Shown: positions 1 through 9,114, counted from the stretch's first letter. The stretch is DNA of 64,000 nt from an uncultured Bacilli bacterium (GCA_944358505.1 CALVRG010000027.1:3872-67871), one strand, 5' to 3'. The notes: generated by a model from the sequence alone, not told the origin. A program made the numbers and translations.

Positions 1-631
1 AATAAAAAAGGGCGTTAACAGTCTTTCTACTAGTGAACTATTAGCAATTATACTTCAAGGCGGCGTAAAAAATGTAAATGCTAATGAACTGGCTTTTGAA
101 CTTTTGAAAGAAGTAAAAGATATAAAAAACTTTATTAGTGTTTCTTATTTAGAGTTAATGAAAATAAAAGGAATAGGACCAGTTAAAGCAACTAAATTAT
201 TAGCAACAGTAGAATTAGGCAAGAGAATATTTTTAGAAGAAGAAAAAGAAAAAGTAAATTTATCTAAACCAAAAGAAATATATAATTATTGTCGTTTCTT
301 TTTCTTTGGATTAAAACAAGAATGTTTCTTTTGTCTTTATTTGAATAGTAAAAAGCAACTTTTAAGTAATAAAATGTTATTTAAAGGAACAATGACAAAA
401 AGCAGTGTCCATCCAAGAGAAATATTTAAAGAAGCATATAAAGTGAGTGCAAGTTATATTATTTGTATTCATAATCATCCTTCAGGGATGCTTAAACCTA
501 GTGAGAAAGATATAGAGTTTACTAATTACTTAGTAAATTTAGGGGTAATTCACGGGGTATTAATATATGATCATTTAATTGTAAGTGAAAGAAATTATTA
601 TAGTTTTTTAGAAAATAATTTATTAGGATAA
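1..631 (+). CDS. radC: RadC-like JAB/MPN-domain protein (UPF0758); 5' end lies outside the window
   Basis: Frame 2 is open from position 2 (IKKGVNSLSTSELLAIILQGG...), which is a RadC N-terminal-like helix-hairpin-helix region. The C-terminal JAB motif HNHPSG and a conserved SEKD follow. It sits immediately upstream of mreC, as in Bacillus. Confidence 0.8.
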   Translation, partial: IKKGVNSLSTSELLAIILQGGVKNVNANELAFELLKEVKDIKNFISVSYLELMKIKGIGPVKATKLLATVELGKRIFLEEEKEKVNLSKPKEIYNYCRFFFFGLKQECFFCLYLNSKKQLLSNKMLFKGTMTKSSVHPREIFKEAYKVSASYIICIHNHPSGMLKPSEKDIEFTNYLVNLGVIHGVLIYDHLIVSERNYYSFLENNLLG

Positions 632-682
632 TTGCAAAAAATTAAAGATATGGGTATACTAAATGAGAAAGGAATAGTTGTT

Positions 683-1480
683 ATGTATAAAAAAAACAAA
701 AAGACAAAAAAAATTATTATTACACTTATTATTATTGTTTGTTCTTTTTTCATTTTATTTTATTCATTAACTTCTAATAGAAAATTAACAGCAATAGAGT
801 CATTTTTTAAAGATACTTCAATGATAATAATGAAAGTAGTTATGTTGCCATTTACATCACTAAATACTGAAAAAGATAGTGATTTAACTGAAAGTTACAT
901 AATACAAAAAAATTTAAATGTTCATTTAGAAGAGGAAATAGAACAATTACGAGATACCCTAGATTTAAATCAAACACTAACAGGATACGATATAGTTAAT
1001 GCCACAGTTATAACAAGAAATAGAAGTTATTGGTATCAAACATTAACTATAGATAAAGGAAAAAAAGACGGATTAAAGAAAAATATGGTTGCTATTACTA
1101 AAAATGGTTTAGTGGGTAAACTTCAAAAAGTAACAAATAATTCTAGTGAAATAAAATTAATAACTGCAAACGATGTAAATAACAAAGTGTCAGTTTCTAT
1201 TGCTACAACAACAGGAGAAACAACAGCAATTCTTAGTGGTTATGATAAAGATAATAATTTAGTATTAATAAGTGGAGTTGATAGTAGAGTAAATATATCA
1301 AAAGGAGATGTTGTTACAACAAGTGGCTTAGGAGGAATGTTTCCAAGAGGAATTTATATTGGAGAAGTTGAGACTATTACTAATGATAAATATGGCTTAA
1401 GTAAAACTTTAGGAGTGAAAACAACTCAAGATTTCAATAATATTCATTATGTTACAGTTTTAAAGGAGGAAAAAAAGTGA
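683..1480 (+). CDS. mreC: Rod shape-determining protein MreC
   Basis: The track ORF runs 632..1480 (TTG). I prefer the ATG at 683, because AAAGGAA lies 8 nt upstream and it gives MYKKNKK followed by a TM helix. The protein has a coiled-coil segment and then a beta-rich domain with VVTTSGLGGMFPRGIYIGEV, which is the MreC signature. It sits between radC and mreD. Confidence 0.8.
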   Translation: MYKKNKKTKKIIITLIIIVCSFFILFYSLTSNRKLTAIESFFKDTSMIIMKVVMLPFTSLNTEKDSDLTESYIIQKNLNVHLEEEIEQLRDTLDLNQTLTGYDIVNATVITRNRSYWYQTLTIDKGKKDGLKKNMVAITKNGLVGKLQKVTNNSSEIKLITANDVNNKVSVSIATTTGETTAILSGYDKDNNLVLISGVDSRVNISKGDVVTTSGLGGMFPRGIYIGEVETITNDKYGLSKTLGVKTTQDFNNIHYVTVLKEEKK

Positions 1481-1977
1481 CTTTTCAAATTATAATAGCT
1501 ATTTTTTCTTTTTTTCTAGATGGAATATTAAGTAATTATTTATCATATATGATTGGTGATCTATCCTTATTTACTCCTTATTTTACTCTTATTAGTATTA
1601 TTATAATATATCCATTCTTCGCTAAAGAAAGCAAGAATTACTATAAGTTTGTAGGAATAGTTGGCTTCCTTTATGATCTTTTTTATACTAATTTATTATT
1701 TACACATACTATTTTCTTTTTATTAATAGCATTTATTATTAAATTAATATTTAAAAAAATGGAATTTAATGCCTTAACAAATATATTTTTAATTACAATA
1801 ATTATAATCATTTATCATTCAATTTTTGCTATATCATTATTTATCTTTAATGTTGTTCCAGTCACTATAAAAGGCACTATATATTTAATTAGTCATAGTT
1901 TAATTTTAAATATCATCTATGGAGAAACTCTGTACTTAATATGTAAATATTTACCACACAAAAGGCATCTTAATTGA
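1477..1977 (+). CDS. mreD: Rod shape-determining protein MreD (polytopic membrane protein)
   Basis: GTG start overlapping the mreC stop (GTGA), with AGGAGG 8 nt upstream. The 166-aa product is highly hydrophobic with about 5 TM segments. Position directly after mreC. Confidence 0.65.
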   Translation: MTFQIIIAIFSFFLDGILSNYLSYMIGDLSLFTPYFTLISIIIIYPFFAKESKNYYKFVGIVGFLYDLFYTNLLFTHTIFFLLIAFIIKLIFKKMEFNALTNIFLITIIIIIYHSIFAISLFIFNVVPVTIKGTIYLISHSLILNIIYGETLYLICKYLPHKRHLN

Positions 1978-2022
1978 TGTCTTTTTCTATAGTAAGATAC
2001 ATATAATTTAGTGGTGATATAA

Positions 2023-2604
2023 ATGGTAGAATCAAAATTTTATAATAGCAAACAAAATAATAACAGTACTAATAATATAAAAAAATACATAAAAAAATTT
2101 GTAACTAAAGTTTTAATAACTATAATAATTACACTAATACTTTTAATAACGTTTAAAACAAATGAAGAATTTAAAGAACAATTTAACAAATATATATATA
2201 ACACGTCTTTACCATTTACAAATTTTAAAGAAATTTATGATACATATTTTTTGGGAACAAAAGATAAAAAAGACACAAAAGAAGTTTTTGATGAAACATT
2301 AACTTATAGTAATGCAAGTATATATGAAGATGGAGTTAAATTAAGCGTAACTAAAAATTATTTGGTTAAATCGATAGATAGTGGAATTGTTGTTTTTATT
2401 GGTGAAAAAGATAAATATGGTAAAACAGTGATAGTACAACAAATGAATGGAATAGATGTGTTTTATGGAAACATTAATAGCAATGTAAATATGTATGATT
2501 ATGTAGAAAAAGGAAGTTTAATAGGTGAAGTAATTGATACAAATCTATATTTAGCTTTTCAAAAAGAAGGTAAATTTGTTGACTATAAAGAATATCTTAA
2601 ATAA
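2023..2604 (+). CDS. Membrane-anchored degenerate LytM/M23-domain protein, SpoIVFA-like
   Basis: N-terminal TM helix, then a C-terminal LytM-like fold (SIDSGIVVFIGEKDKYGKTVIVQQMNGIDVFYGNI...GSLIGEV) that lacks the catalytic His residues. It overlaps the following M50 protease gene by 29 nt, matching the spoIVFA-spoIVFB arrangement. Confidence 0.5.
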   Translation: MVESKFYNSKQNNNSTNNIKKYIKKFVTKVLITIIITLILLITFKTNEEFKEQFNKYIYNTSLPFTNFKEIYDTYFLGTKDKKDTKEVFDETLTYSNASIYEDGVKLSVTKNYLVKSIDSGIVVFIGEKDKYGKTVIVQQMNGIDVFYGNINSNVNMYDYVEKGSLIGEVIDTNLYLAFQKEGKFVDYKEYLK

Positions 2605-3343
2605 TATTTATATTCATCCAAGTTGTTATTTGCTAATCCTGCTATCTATATTTTCTGCTTATTTTCAAGTTGTTATAATTATTAGTGTTCTACTATTGAT
2701 TCATGAATGTGGTCATTTTTTTACTGCGTATTTTTTAAATTGGCAAACAGAAAGAATATCATTTTATCCCTTTGGTGGTATATCTAAATTTTCACATGAA
2801 ATAAATTGTCCAATAAAAGAAGAACTACTTGTTTTATTAATGGGACCAATCACCCAATATTTATTTTATCTTTTTATAATAAACAACACTTACTTATATA
2901 ATTATCAAGATTTATTAAAGACAATAAATTATAGTATCTTAATATTCAATCTTTTACCAATATATCCTTTAGATGGTGGAAGAATAGTACAAGCTTTTAT
3001 TTGTTATCTAACTTCATATGCCTTAAGTTTTAAAATAACATATTTAATATCATACATATTTATTTTTGTAGTAATAATAATGTTTATATACAATCCTACT
3101 ATAAACATATTATTAATTATAGTATTACTATTTATCAAATTATCAAAAGAAAAAAGAAATATAAAGTACTATTTGCAGAAGTTTATTTTAGAAAGATATT
3201 TACACAAATATAATTTTAAAAAAAGTAAGATAGTTACAAGTACTAAGAATTTTAAAAGAGATTATCATCACTTAATTAAATTAAAAGATAAATATTATTC
3301 AGAAGAGGAATATTTAAAAAATAAATATAAGAATAACAATTAA
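2576..3343 (+). CDS. Site-2 protease family (M50) intramembrane metalloprotease, SpoIVFB-like
   Basis: An HExxH motif (LIHECGHFF) lies inside the first TM region, and the second conserved motif NLLPIYPLDGGRIV is present. The protein is polytopic. There is no in-frame ATG before HExxH, so the start is TTG (2576 or 2579). Confidence 0.75.
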   Translation: MLTIKNILNNIYIHPSCYLLILLSIFSAYFQVVIIISVLLLIHECGHFFTAYFLNWQTERISFYPFGGISKFSHEINCPIKEELLVLLMGPITQYLFYLFIINNTYLYNYQDLLKTINYSILIFNLLPIYPLDGGRIVQAFICYLTSYALSFKITYLISYIFIFVVIIMFIYNPTINILLIIVLLFIKLSKEKRNIKYYLQKFILERYLHKYNFKKSKIVTSTKNFKRDYHHLIKLKDKYYSEEEYLKNKYKNNN

Positions 3344-3607
3344 ATTATTTTAGATTATTGATAAATATTTCAATCAATAGTATTTTATTTTCATAAAAAA
3401 TATCAAGAAATAAAATTACCCATAAACAAAAAATGAGTATATGGTACATTATCAAAAGCTATTGCTACAATTTTTATAAGTGACAATGAAAATGATGATA
3501 ATACAATAATATTAATTGAAAAAAAGTTTCAAGGAAAATTTTATTTAACTGCACATTAAAAGAAAATAAGAATTAAAAACTTATTTTTTATTATATTTAA
3601 ATTATTT

Positions 3608-3642
3608 ATAAAAACAAAAAAAGTTCTTGAAAAACAAGAACT
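3608..3642 (-). terminator. Rho-independent terminator downstream of tRNA-Ala (minus strand)
   Basis: Perfect 8-bp hairpin agttcttg-aaaaa-caagaact (3622-3642). On the minus strand it is followed by a U-run, the complement of the A-run at 3611-3621. Confidence 0.5.
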
Positions 3643-3655
3643 AAAATATCATTAA

Positions 3656-3731
3656 TGGTGGAGAATAGGGGGATCGAACCCCTGACCTTCACGGTGCAAA
3701 CGTGACGCTCTCCCAGCTGAGCTAATTCCCC
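3656..3731 (-). tRNA. tRNA-Ala (anticodon UGC)
   Basis: The reverse complement GGGGAATTAGCTCAGCTGGGAGAGCGTCACGTTTGCACCGTGAAGGTCAGGGGTTCGATCCCCCTATTCTCCACCA folds as a 76-nt cloverleaf. It has a 7-bp acceptor stem with G3:U70 (the Ala identity element), a D-loop GG, anticodon loop TTTGCAC, T-loop TTCGATC and an encoded CCA. It is a GC-rich island in AT-rich DNA. Confidence 0.9.
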
Positions 3732-3750
3732 AATCAGTTGAACAAATTGA

Positions 3751-3779
3751 TTATATCATAGCAATTATTTTATTGTCAA
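3751..3779 (-). promoter_or_regulatory. Sigma-A-type promoter for tRNA-Ala
   Basis: On the minus strand TTGACA-18 nt-TATAAT lies about 19 nt upstream of the tRNA 5' end. Confidence 0.45.
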
Positions 3780-3856
3780 TATTTATTTTATAAAAAAAAT
3801 ATGATAAGCTTATATGAAAGAGAGGAGATATTCTTTTTTAGAATATATAGAAAAAT

Positions 3857-4873
3857 ATGAAAGTTTTATTATATACAGAAGGACTAAAAACAATAGGTGT
3901 AAGTGGGCTTGGCAAGGCTATTAAACATCAAATGAAAGCATTGGAACTAGAAAAAGTACCTTATACTACAAATATAGATGATACTTATGATATCGCACAT
4001 ATTAATACATACTTTATTAAATCATATTTTCTTGCTAAAAAGCTAAAGAAAAAAGGAGTTAAAATTATTTACCATGCCCATTCAACTGAAGAAGATTATC
4101 GTGATGGATTTATATTTGGACACTTAACTAGTAAAATATTTAAGTTATGGATTATCAAATGTTATAAATTAGGAGATATAATAGTTACACCAACTGAATA
4201 TTCAAAAAAAATTTTAGAATCATATAAGGGACTAGAAAACAAAAAAATAGTTGCAATTTCTAACGGGCTAGAATTAGATTTTTTTAAGCCAAATAAATCT
4301 TATAGAAAATCATTTAGAGAAAGATATAATTATAAAAGCACTGATAAAGTAATTGTAGGAATTGGTATTTATAGTAGAAGAAAAGGAATTGTTGATTTTG
4401 TAGAACTTGCAAAAAGGTTACCAGAATATAGATTTATTTGGTTTGGATCAAGTCCAGTTTCAGCTGCAACAAAAGATGTAAAAAAAGCTTTAAAAATTGC
4501 TAAAGAATTACCTAATATAAAATTTCCAGGTCATGTGCCAAGTGAAACAATAAGAGAAGCATTAGGAGGGTGTGATTTATACTTATTTCCAACTTATGAA
4601 GAAACAGAAGGAATACCAATAATAGAAGCATGTGCAATGGAAACAAATACTATTATAAGGGATATACCAATATTTAATTATTTAACGGATAGTATTAATG
4701 TATATAAGGCTAAAGATATAGATGAATTTGAAGAAAAAATTAAAAAGATTTTAAATGGAAAATTAAAAAGTGTAAGTAAAGGTGCAAGAAAAATATCAGA
4801 AAACTGTGACATAAAAAAAGTAGGTAAACAGTTAAAAAATGTATATTTAGAAGTATTGAAAAAAGAAGATTAA
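3857..4873 (+). CDS. Family 4 (GT-B) glycosyltransferase
   Basis: The C-terminal half carries the GT4/Glycos_transf_1 signature (YLFPTYEETEGIPIIEACAMETNTIIRDIP). Size is 338 aa. Confidence 0.7.
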   Translation: MKVLLYTEGLKTIGVSGLGKAIKHQMKALELEKVPYTTNIDDTYDIAHINTYFIKSYFLAKKLKKKGVKIIYHAHSTEEDYRDGFIFGHLTSKIFKLWIIKCYKLGDIIVTPTEYSKKILESYKGLENKKIVAISNGLELDFFKPNKSYRKSFRERYNYKSTDKVIVGIGIYSRRKGIVDFVELAKRLPEYRFIWFGSSPVSAATKDVKKALKIAKELPNIKFPGHVPSETIREALGGCDLYLFPTYEETEGIPIIEACAMETNTIIRDIPIFNYLTDSINVYKAKDIDEFEEKIKKILNGKLKSVSKGARKISENCDIKKVGKQLKNVYLEVLKKED

Positions 4874-4882
4874 TACTTCTTT

Positions 4883-6019
4883 TTAAATGTTATATTCTCT
4901 TTCTTTTTCATTGCTAATATTTAGAATAATGCCAACTAAGATTAAGTAGGATAATAAACTACTACCACCATAACTAATAAAAGGAAGAGTAATACCAGTA
5001 ATAGGTAAAAGTCCAACAGTCATTCCTATATTTTGAACTTGTTGAAACATGAGCATACCGATAATACCAGCCAAAACAAATTTATCTCTTGAAGCTATTT
5101 TTTTAGTAGCCATATTAATTAATCTTATATCAAACCAAATAATTGTGCAAATTAAAATAATAGCACCTAATAATCCAAAATTTGATGCAAAAACAGCAAA
5201 AATAAAATCAGTACCAGATTCTGGAAAATAAATAGGAGTGTTATTAAAACCATGGCCAAATACACCAGCAGAGCCTATAGCTGCTAATGCATTTTCAAGT
5301 TGTAAACCACTACCATTTTGCCAATCTAAAATTCTATCAAATCTATAATATAAATCAGTACCAAAAATATTTACAAATAAATCCTCAGCAAAGAAATAGC
5401 AACCCAAAACTAAACTTAATACAATAAACAATATTATTGCTAAAATAAGAAACCATCTTAATCTAATTCCAGATGTAAACATCATACAAAAATAAATTAT
5501 AAAATAAATCATAACAGAACCTGTATCTGGCTCAAGAAAAGTTAAAACACTGGGTATTAAAACAACAGCTAACGTTTTTATAATAAATATTGCTTCTTCT
5601 CTTGTACTAGGATGATCTGTATTATCTCTAAAATTTGAAATCATTACTCCTAAAATTAACATAATAAAGATTTTCATAAATTCACTTGGTTGAAAACTAC
5701 CTATATAGGGAATAACAAACCAGCATTTGCTATTATTTATTTCCGGAGCAAATAATAATAAAGATAACAACAATATATTTCCTATAATATAAAGAAACCA
5801 AGCATTACGATACAAATAATCATTTTTTAATTTAAATAAAACAATAATTAAACCTATACCAATTATATACCATATTATTTGCTTTAAAACTAAATTACCA
5901 TTATCAGGTGATAAATAAGTCATCGCACTATATATACTAGTAATACTTATAATAAAAAATATAATAATTGGGATAATGATTGATATATCTAATTTTCTTC
6001 CTTTATGCATTAATTTCAC
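4883..6019 (-). CDS. rodA: SEDS-family peptidoglycan glycosyltransferase (RodA/FtsW/SpoVE)
   Basis: About 10 TM segments and a conserved C-terminal region (PLPFISYGGSSLLSYLILVGIILNIS). GAGGTGA lies 7 nt upstream of the ATG. Confidence 0.8.
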   Translation of the reverse strand: MKLMHKGRKLDISIIIPIIIFFIISITSIYSAMTYLSPDNGNLVLKQIIWYIIGIGLIIVLFKLKNDYLYRNAWFLYIIGNILLLSLLLFAPEINNSKCWFVIPYIGSFQPSEFMKIFIMLILGVMISNFRDNTDHPSTREEAIFIIKTLAVVLIPSVLTFLEPDTGSVMIYFIIYFCMMFTSGIRLRWFLILAIILFIVLSLVLGCYFFAEDLFVNIFGTDLYYRFDRILDWQNGSGLQLENALAAIGSAGVFGHGFNNTPIYFPESGTDFIFAVFASNFGLLGAIILICTIIWFDIRLINMATKKIASRDKFVLAGIIGMLMFQQVQNIGMTVGLLPITGITLPFISYGGSSLLSYLILVGIILNISNEKEREYNI

Positions 6020-6096
6020 CTCAAATCATTACTATTATATCAAAAAACAGTAAAATTTATTAAAAAAAAACATAAAATGTGGTAGGAGGGAAAACA

Positions 6097-6432
6097 ATGA
6101 AACAATTGCCACCAATATTTAAAGTTAGTAATAATATTAAAGATACAAATCAAAAATATTATCATCAAAAAGTAAGTAATAGAATATCTTATGAACCAAA
6201 TAAAATCAGTCAAACAGAAATAATGGAAGAATTAACTATAGAAGAAAAAATAAATAAAATATTCAAAACAAAAGGTTATGTCTTTAATATACCAGTTACT
6301 ATTACTTTTGCTGGAAAAAGTAAAGATACATATTTAGCCCTAAAGAAAAATAATTCAATTATTACTTTAGATAATGAAGTTATTCCTATTTCGACTATTA
6401 CATCATTAGAAATAAAAAGTCCATCGAATTAA
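6097..6432 (+). CDS. Hypothetical protein
   Basis: ORF with a strong RBS (TAGGAGGG) 7 nt upstream of the ATG at 6097. No recognisable motifs. It is adjacent to the coat-protein genes. Confidence 0.3.
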   Translation: MKQLPPIFKVSNNIKDTNQKYYHQKVSNRISYEPNKISQTEIMEELTIEEKINKIFKTKGYVFNIPVTITFAGKSKDTYLALKKNNSIITLDNEVIPISTITSLEIKSPSN

Positions 6433-6450
6433 AAGATGGACTTTTTATCA

Positions 6451-6849
6451 TTAAATACCACTTATAAATACATCAGGCAAACATTTAATGGCGGAAACAC
6501 AATCTAGATTAATTGTAAAGAAAGTACTAGTCAAAACATAAGGTTCATTACTAGAAGTGTCAGGATTTTGTGCTAACACTCTACAAGTACAACAATTACC
6601 TTCTAAATTCTCTAATCTAAAAATAGAGGAAGTACCACTAACTGTTCCAATAGTATAAGGAAACTCCCAAAGATTACCAGTAGAGCAATTATAGAAGTTA
6701 ATAGGTCTTGTATTATAGCATACAAGACTAGGTGTAGGACCTAGATATGGTTTATCACAACCATTAACTTCACAATCATCATCTTTAACATTTTGTAAAC
6801 AAAGTATTGTCTCTAAGATATTTGATAAGCAATTTTTCTCATCACACAT
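6451..6849 (-). CDS. Cysteine-rich spore coat/exosporium protein, CotY/CotZ family (paralog 1)
   Basis: Cys-rich 132-aa product with the motifs PYLGPTP...CYNTRPINFY...FRLENLEG.CCTCRVL...TINLDCVSAIKCL. These match CotZ signatures (CFNT..FFRVE...DLDCFCAI.CL). AAAGGAGGA lies 6 nt upstream. Confidence 0.6.
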   Translation of the reverse strand: MCDEKNCLSNILETILCLQNVKDDDCEVNGCDKPYLGPTPSLVCYNTRPINFYNCSTGNLWEFPYTIGTVSGTSSIFRLENLEGNCCTCRVLAQNPDTSSNEPYVLTSTFFTINLDCVSAIKCLPDVFISGI

Positions 6850-6863
6850 AATTATCCTCCTTT

Positions 6864-7268
6864 TTATAAATTATTAATAATAATATCGTCTAAACAACTA
6901 ATAGCACAGATACAATCTAAATTAATAGTTATAAATTCATTAGTAGCAATAAAAGCTCTATTAACATCGCTACTATCTGGATTTTCTCTTAAAATACGAC
7001 ATTTAACACAACATTTATCAACGTTTTCAACTCTAAAAGTAGAAGATGTAAAACTATTACCATCTATACTATAACTAGTAGTAAATAAGCTACCATTTCT
7101 TGTATAAAAAGTAACTGGTCTTGTATTAAAACAAATAATATTAGGACTACTTCCTAAATAAGGCCTAGTACAAGATTCATCAAAACAATCACTACCATTA
7201 GCATTTTTTTGTAAAATATCTATAACTTTTAGTAGTTTACCCAAACAACAGCACTCATTATTATTCAT
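6864..7268 (-). CDS. Cysteine-rich spore coat/exosporium protein, CotY/CotZ family (paralog 2)
   Basis: The 134-aa product has PYLGSSPNIICFNTRPVTFY...FRVENVDKCCVKCRIL...ITINLDCICAISCL. It is tandem to the previous gene, 14 nt apart, and likely co-transcribed with it. Confidence 0.6.
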   Translation of the reverse strand: MNNNECCCLGKLLKVIDILQKNANGSDCFDESCTRPYLGSSPNIICFNTRPVTFYTRNGSLFTTSYSIDGNSFTSSTFRVENVDKCCVKCRILRENPDSSDVNRAFIATNEFITINLDCICAISCLDDIIINNL

Positions 7269-7425
7269 AAAAAAACACCACCTCTTATCTATTATCTAAT
7301 ATAGATTATGATTTCACTTAATTTTAGTGTAGTCTATAACCTATAACTTCTATAATAGTCTATGATAATAAATTTCTATAATTTCCACTTTTAATTTTTT
7401 TTAAAGTATCGTATAATTAATATGG

Positions 7426-7740
7426 GTGTTATATATGGAATATTTAATTATACTAATAGTAATACTAATTATCCTGCTAGCTGTTCTAAAAGCAAACAAA
7501 AAAGATGCATCGATTGATTTAAATAGGCTAGTAGAATATTTAGGTGGGAAAGATAATATCATAAAAACTGAAATAAAGTTATCTAGATTTATTGTTACTT
7601 TAAAAGATATCACTAAAGCTGATAAGGTTGCAATTCAAAAGTTAGGTGCCAAAGGAATAGTAGAAATAAATAATCAATTAAAAATTATTTTAGGGCCTGA
7701 GTCAAAACAATTAAAAAAATATATTGATGAACTAAAATAG
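7426..7740 (+). CDS. Membrane-anchored PTS EIIB(Glc)-like domain protein lacking the phospho-Cys
   Basis: N-terminal TM helix, then LVEYLGGKDNIIKTEIKLSRFIVTLKD...GAKGIVEINNQLKIILG. This matches the PTS_EIIB fold pattern (LGGxxNI...C.TRLRf.lkD), but the catalytic Cys position is Ile. Confidence 0.4.
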   Translation: MLYMEYLIILIVILIILLAVLKANKKDASIDLNRLVEYLGGKDNIIKTEIKLSRFIVTLKDITKADKVAIQKLGAKGIVEINNQLKIILGPESKQLKKYIDELK

Positions 7741-7829
7741 AGAAATAACTCTATTTTTTATTTTTATCTATAATTCGACAAATTTCTACAAATCAGTAAC
7801 ATATACTTATTTTAGAAAGAAGGAGAAAT

Positions 7830-9086
7830 ATGTCGTATATTGAAATTATTATTAAAAATGTTATATTTTTGTTATGCCCATTATCATTATATTTATTATA
7901 TACAATCTATAAGAAAAATTTATCTTTAGATGAAAAAGATTTAGGATTTGAAGTAGCGGTTATAAGTTCTTTATATTTTATTTTAAGATTTAGTACAAAA
8001 AGTTATCAAAATTATCCTATACTTTTATTTGATATTCCATTATTGCTATGCTATTACAAAAAAAGAACGGCACTTGCAATATTTATATCTTTAATATTAA
8101 TAACTTATCAAACTATAATTTTAGATATTAATCCATTTTTTTTAGCACTAGAATATAGTTGCTATTTAATAATATATTCTATTTTTTCTAAAAAAAGATT
8201 AAAGCCAATTAATGTAGTTAATAATTTTATTATTATAAAAAGCTTTACATTATCCTTATCAGTATTTCTATTTATTAATCCAACAGAAGCATTTTCTAAT
8301 AATATAGTATATATATTTACAATTATAATAACTATTTATTTTGTAACTAACATAATCATCTCTATTTTTGTTAAAGGCGAAAAGATAATTGAATTAAGAT
8401 GTGATTTAGAAAAAATAGAAAAAGAAAAAGAACTTAGAAGTTCATTATTTAAAGTAACACACGAAATAAAAAATCCAATAGCAGTTTGTAAAGGATATCT
8501 TGATATGTTAGATATTAATGATAATAAGAAGGTCAGAAAATATATTCCTATTGTAAAAAATGAGATTACAAGAACACTAATTCTTATGAATGATTTTTTA
8601 GATTATACAAAAATTAAGATAGAAAAAGAAGAGATGGATATTATCATGCTATTAGAAGATTTAGAATGTTATTTAAAAGATTTATTTAGGAAAAACAAAA
8701 TAAAAATAGAGTTTAATATACCAGATGAAGATGTTTATATAAATGCTGATTATAATAGATTGAAACAAGTATTTATTAATATTTTAAAAAATGCTATTGA
8801 AGCAAAAGATGAAAAAAAAGCTGAAAATAAAATAACTATAAGCTTAGAACATAATAGTGAAGAAATAAAAATAATTGTAGAGGACAACGGAATTGGAATG
8901 GATGAAAATACACTAAATAAAGTTAGTGAAATGTTTTTTACAACAAAAGAAAAAGGTAGTGGTCTAGGAATAAGTCTATCCAAAGAAATTATAGAACAAC
9001 AAGGTGGAGAATTATTGTATAATTCAGTAAAGAGCAAAGGAACTAAAGTAACATTAACTTTACCAAAAACTACAAATATGTCATAA
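7830..9086 (+). CDS. Orphan multi-TM sensor histidine kinase; about 6 TM segments, candidate sporulation/phosphorelay-type kinase
   Basis: H-box THEIKNPIAVCKGYLDML, N-box NILKNAIEA and G-boxes DNGIGMD/GSGLGISL. The first 180 residues or so are entirely transmembrane. No response regulator is adjacent. Confidence 0.75.
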   Translation: MSYIEIIIKNVIFLLCPLSLYLLYTIYKKNLSLDEKDLGFEVAVISSLYFILRFSTKSYQNYPILLFDIPLLLCYYKKRTALAIFISLILITYQTIILDINPFFLALEYSCYLIIYSIFSKKRLKPINVVNNFIIIKSFTLSLSVFLFINPTEAFSNNIVYIFTIIITIYFVTNIIISIFVKGEKIIELRCDLEKIEKEKELRSSLFKVTHEIKNPIAVCKGYLDMLDINDNKKVRKYIPIVKNEITRTLILMNDFLDYTKIKIEKEEMDIIMLLEDLECYLKDLFRKNKIKIEFNIPDEDVYINADYNRLKQVFINILKNAIEAKDEKKAENKITISLEHNSEEIKIIVEDNGIGMDENTLNKVSEMFFTTKEKGSGLGISLSKEIIEQQGGELLYNSVKSKGTKVTLTLPKTTNMS

Positions 9087-9114
9087 TTTTATTAAAGTGA
9101 AGTGATAAGATAAT

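Noticed and set aside
3564-3590. Terminator for the M50 protease gene (aaataag-aattaaaaa-cttattt + ttt)
   Set aside because: The stem is entirely A/T and lies 220 nt past the stop codon. It is too weak and distant to call with any confidence.
5049-5231. Small antisense or overlapping ORFs from the six-frame track (e.g. 5049..5231, 7401..7613, 8750..9037, 16329..16616, 17450..17845, 18200..18484, 19910..20128, 20956..21162, 23097..23279, 23709..24260, 24423..24635, 25547..25732, 26771..27007, 28617..28862, 33902..34156, 35709..35927, 36007..36234, 36092..36337, 36376..36660, 40731..40970, 41648..41845, 42690..43028, 42886..43290, 45446..45628, 46153..46338, 48254..48469, 54673..54867, 55165..55434, 55447..55746, 56174..56524, 61448..61651)
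   Set aside because: Each lies wholly inside or opposite a well-supported gene. They have low-complexity Ile/Leu/Phe/Ser-rich translations typical of antisense AT-rich DNA, and no RBS or motif support.
7426-7740. A functional PTS EIIB phosphotransferase
   Set aside because: The catalytic cysteine position of the EIIB(Glc) fold is Ile (…TEIKLSRFIV…). Only the fold-level pattern is retained, so it is annotated as EIIB-like and non-catalytic.
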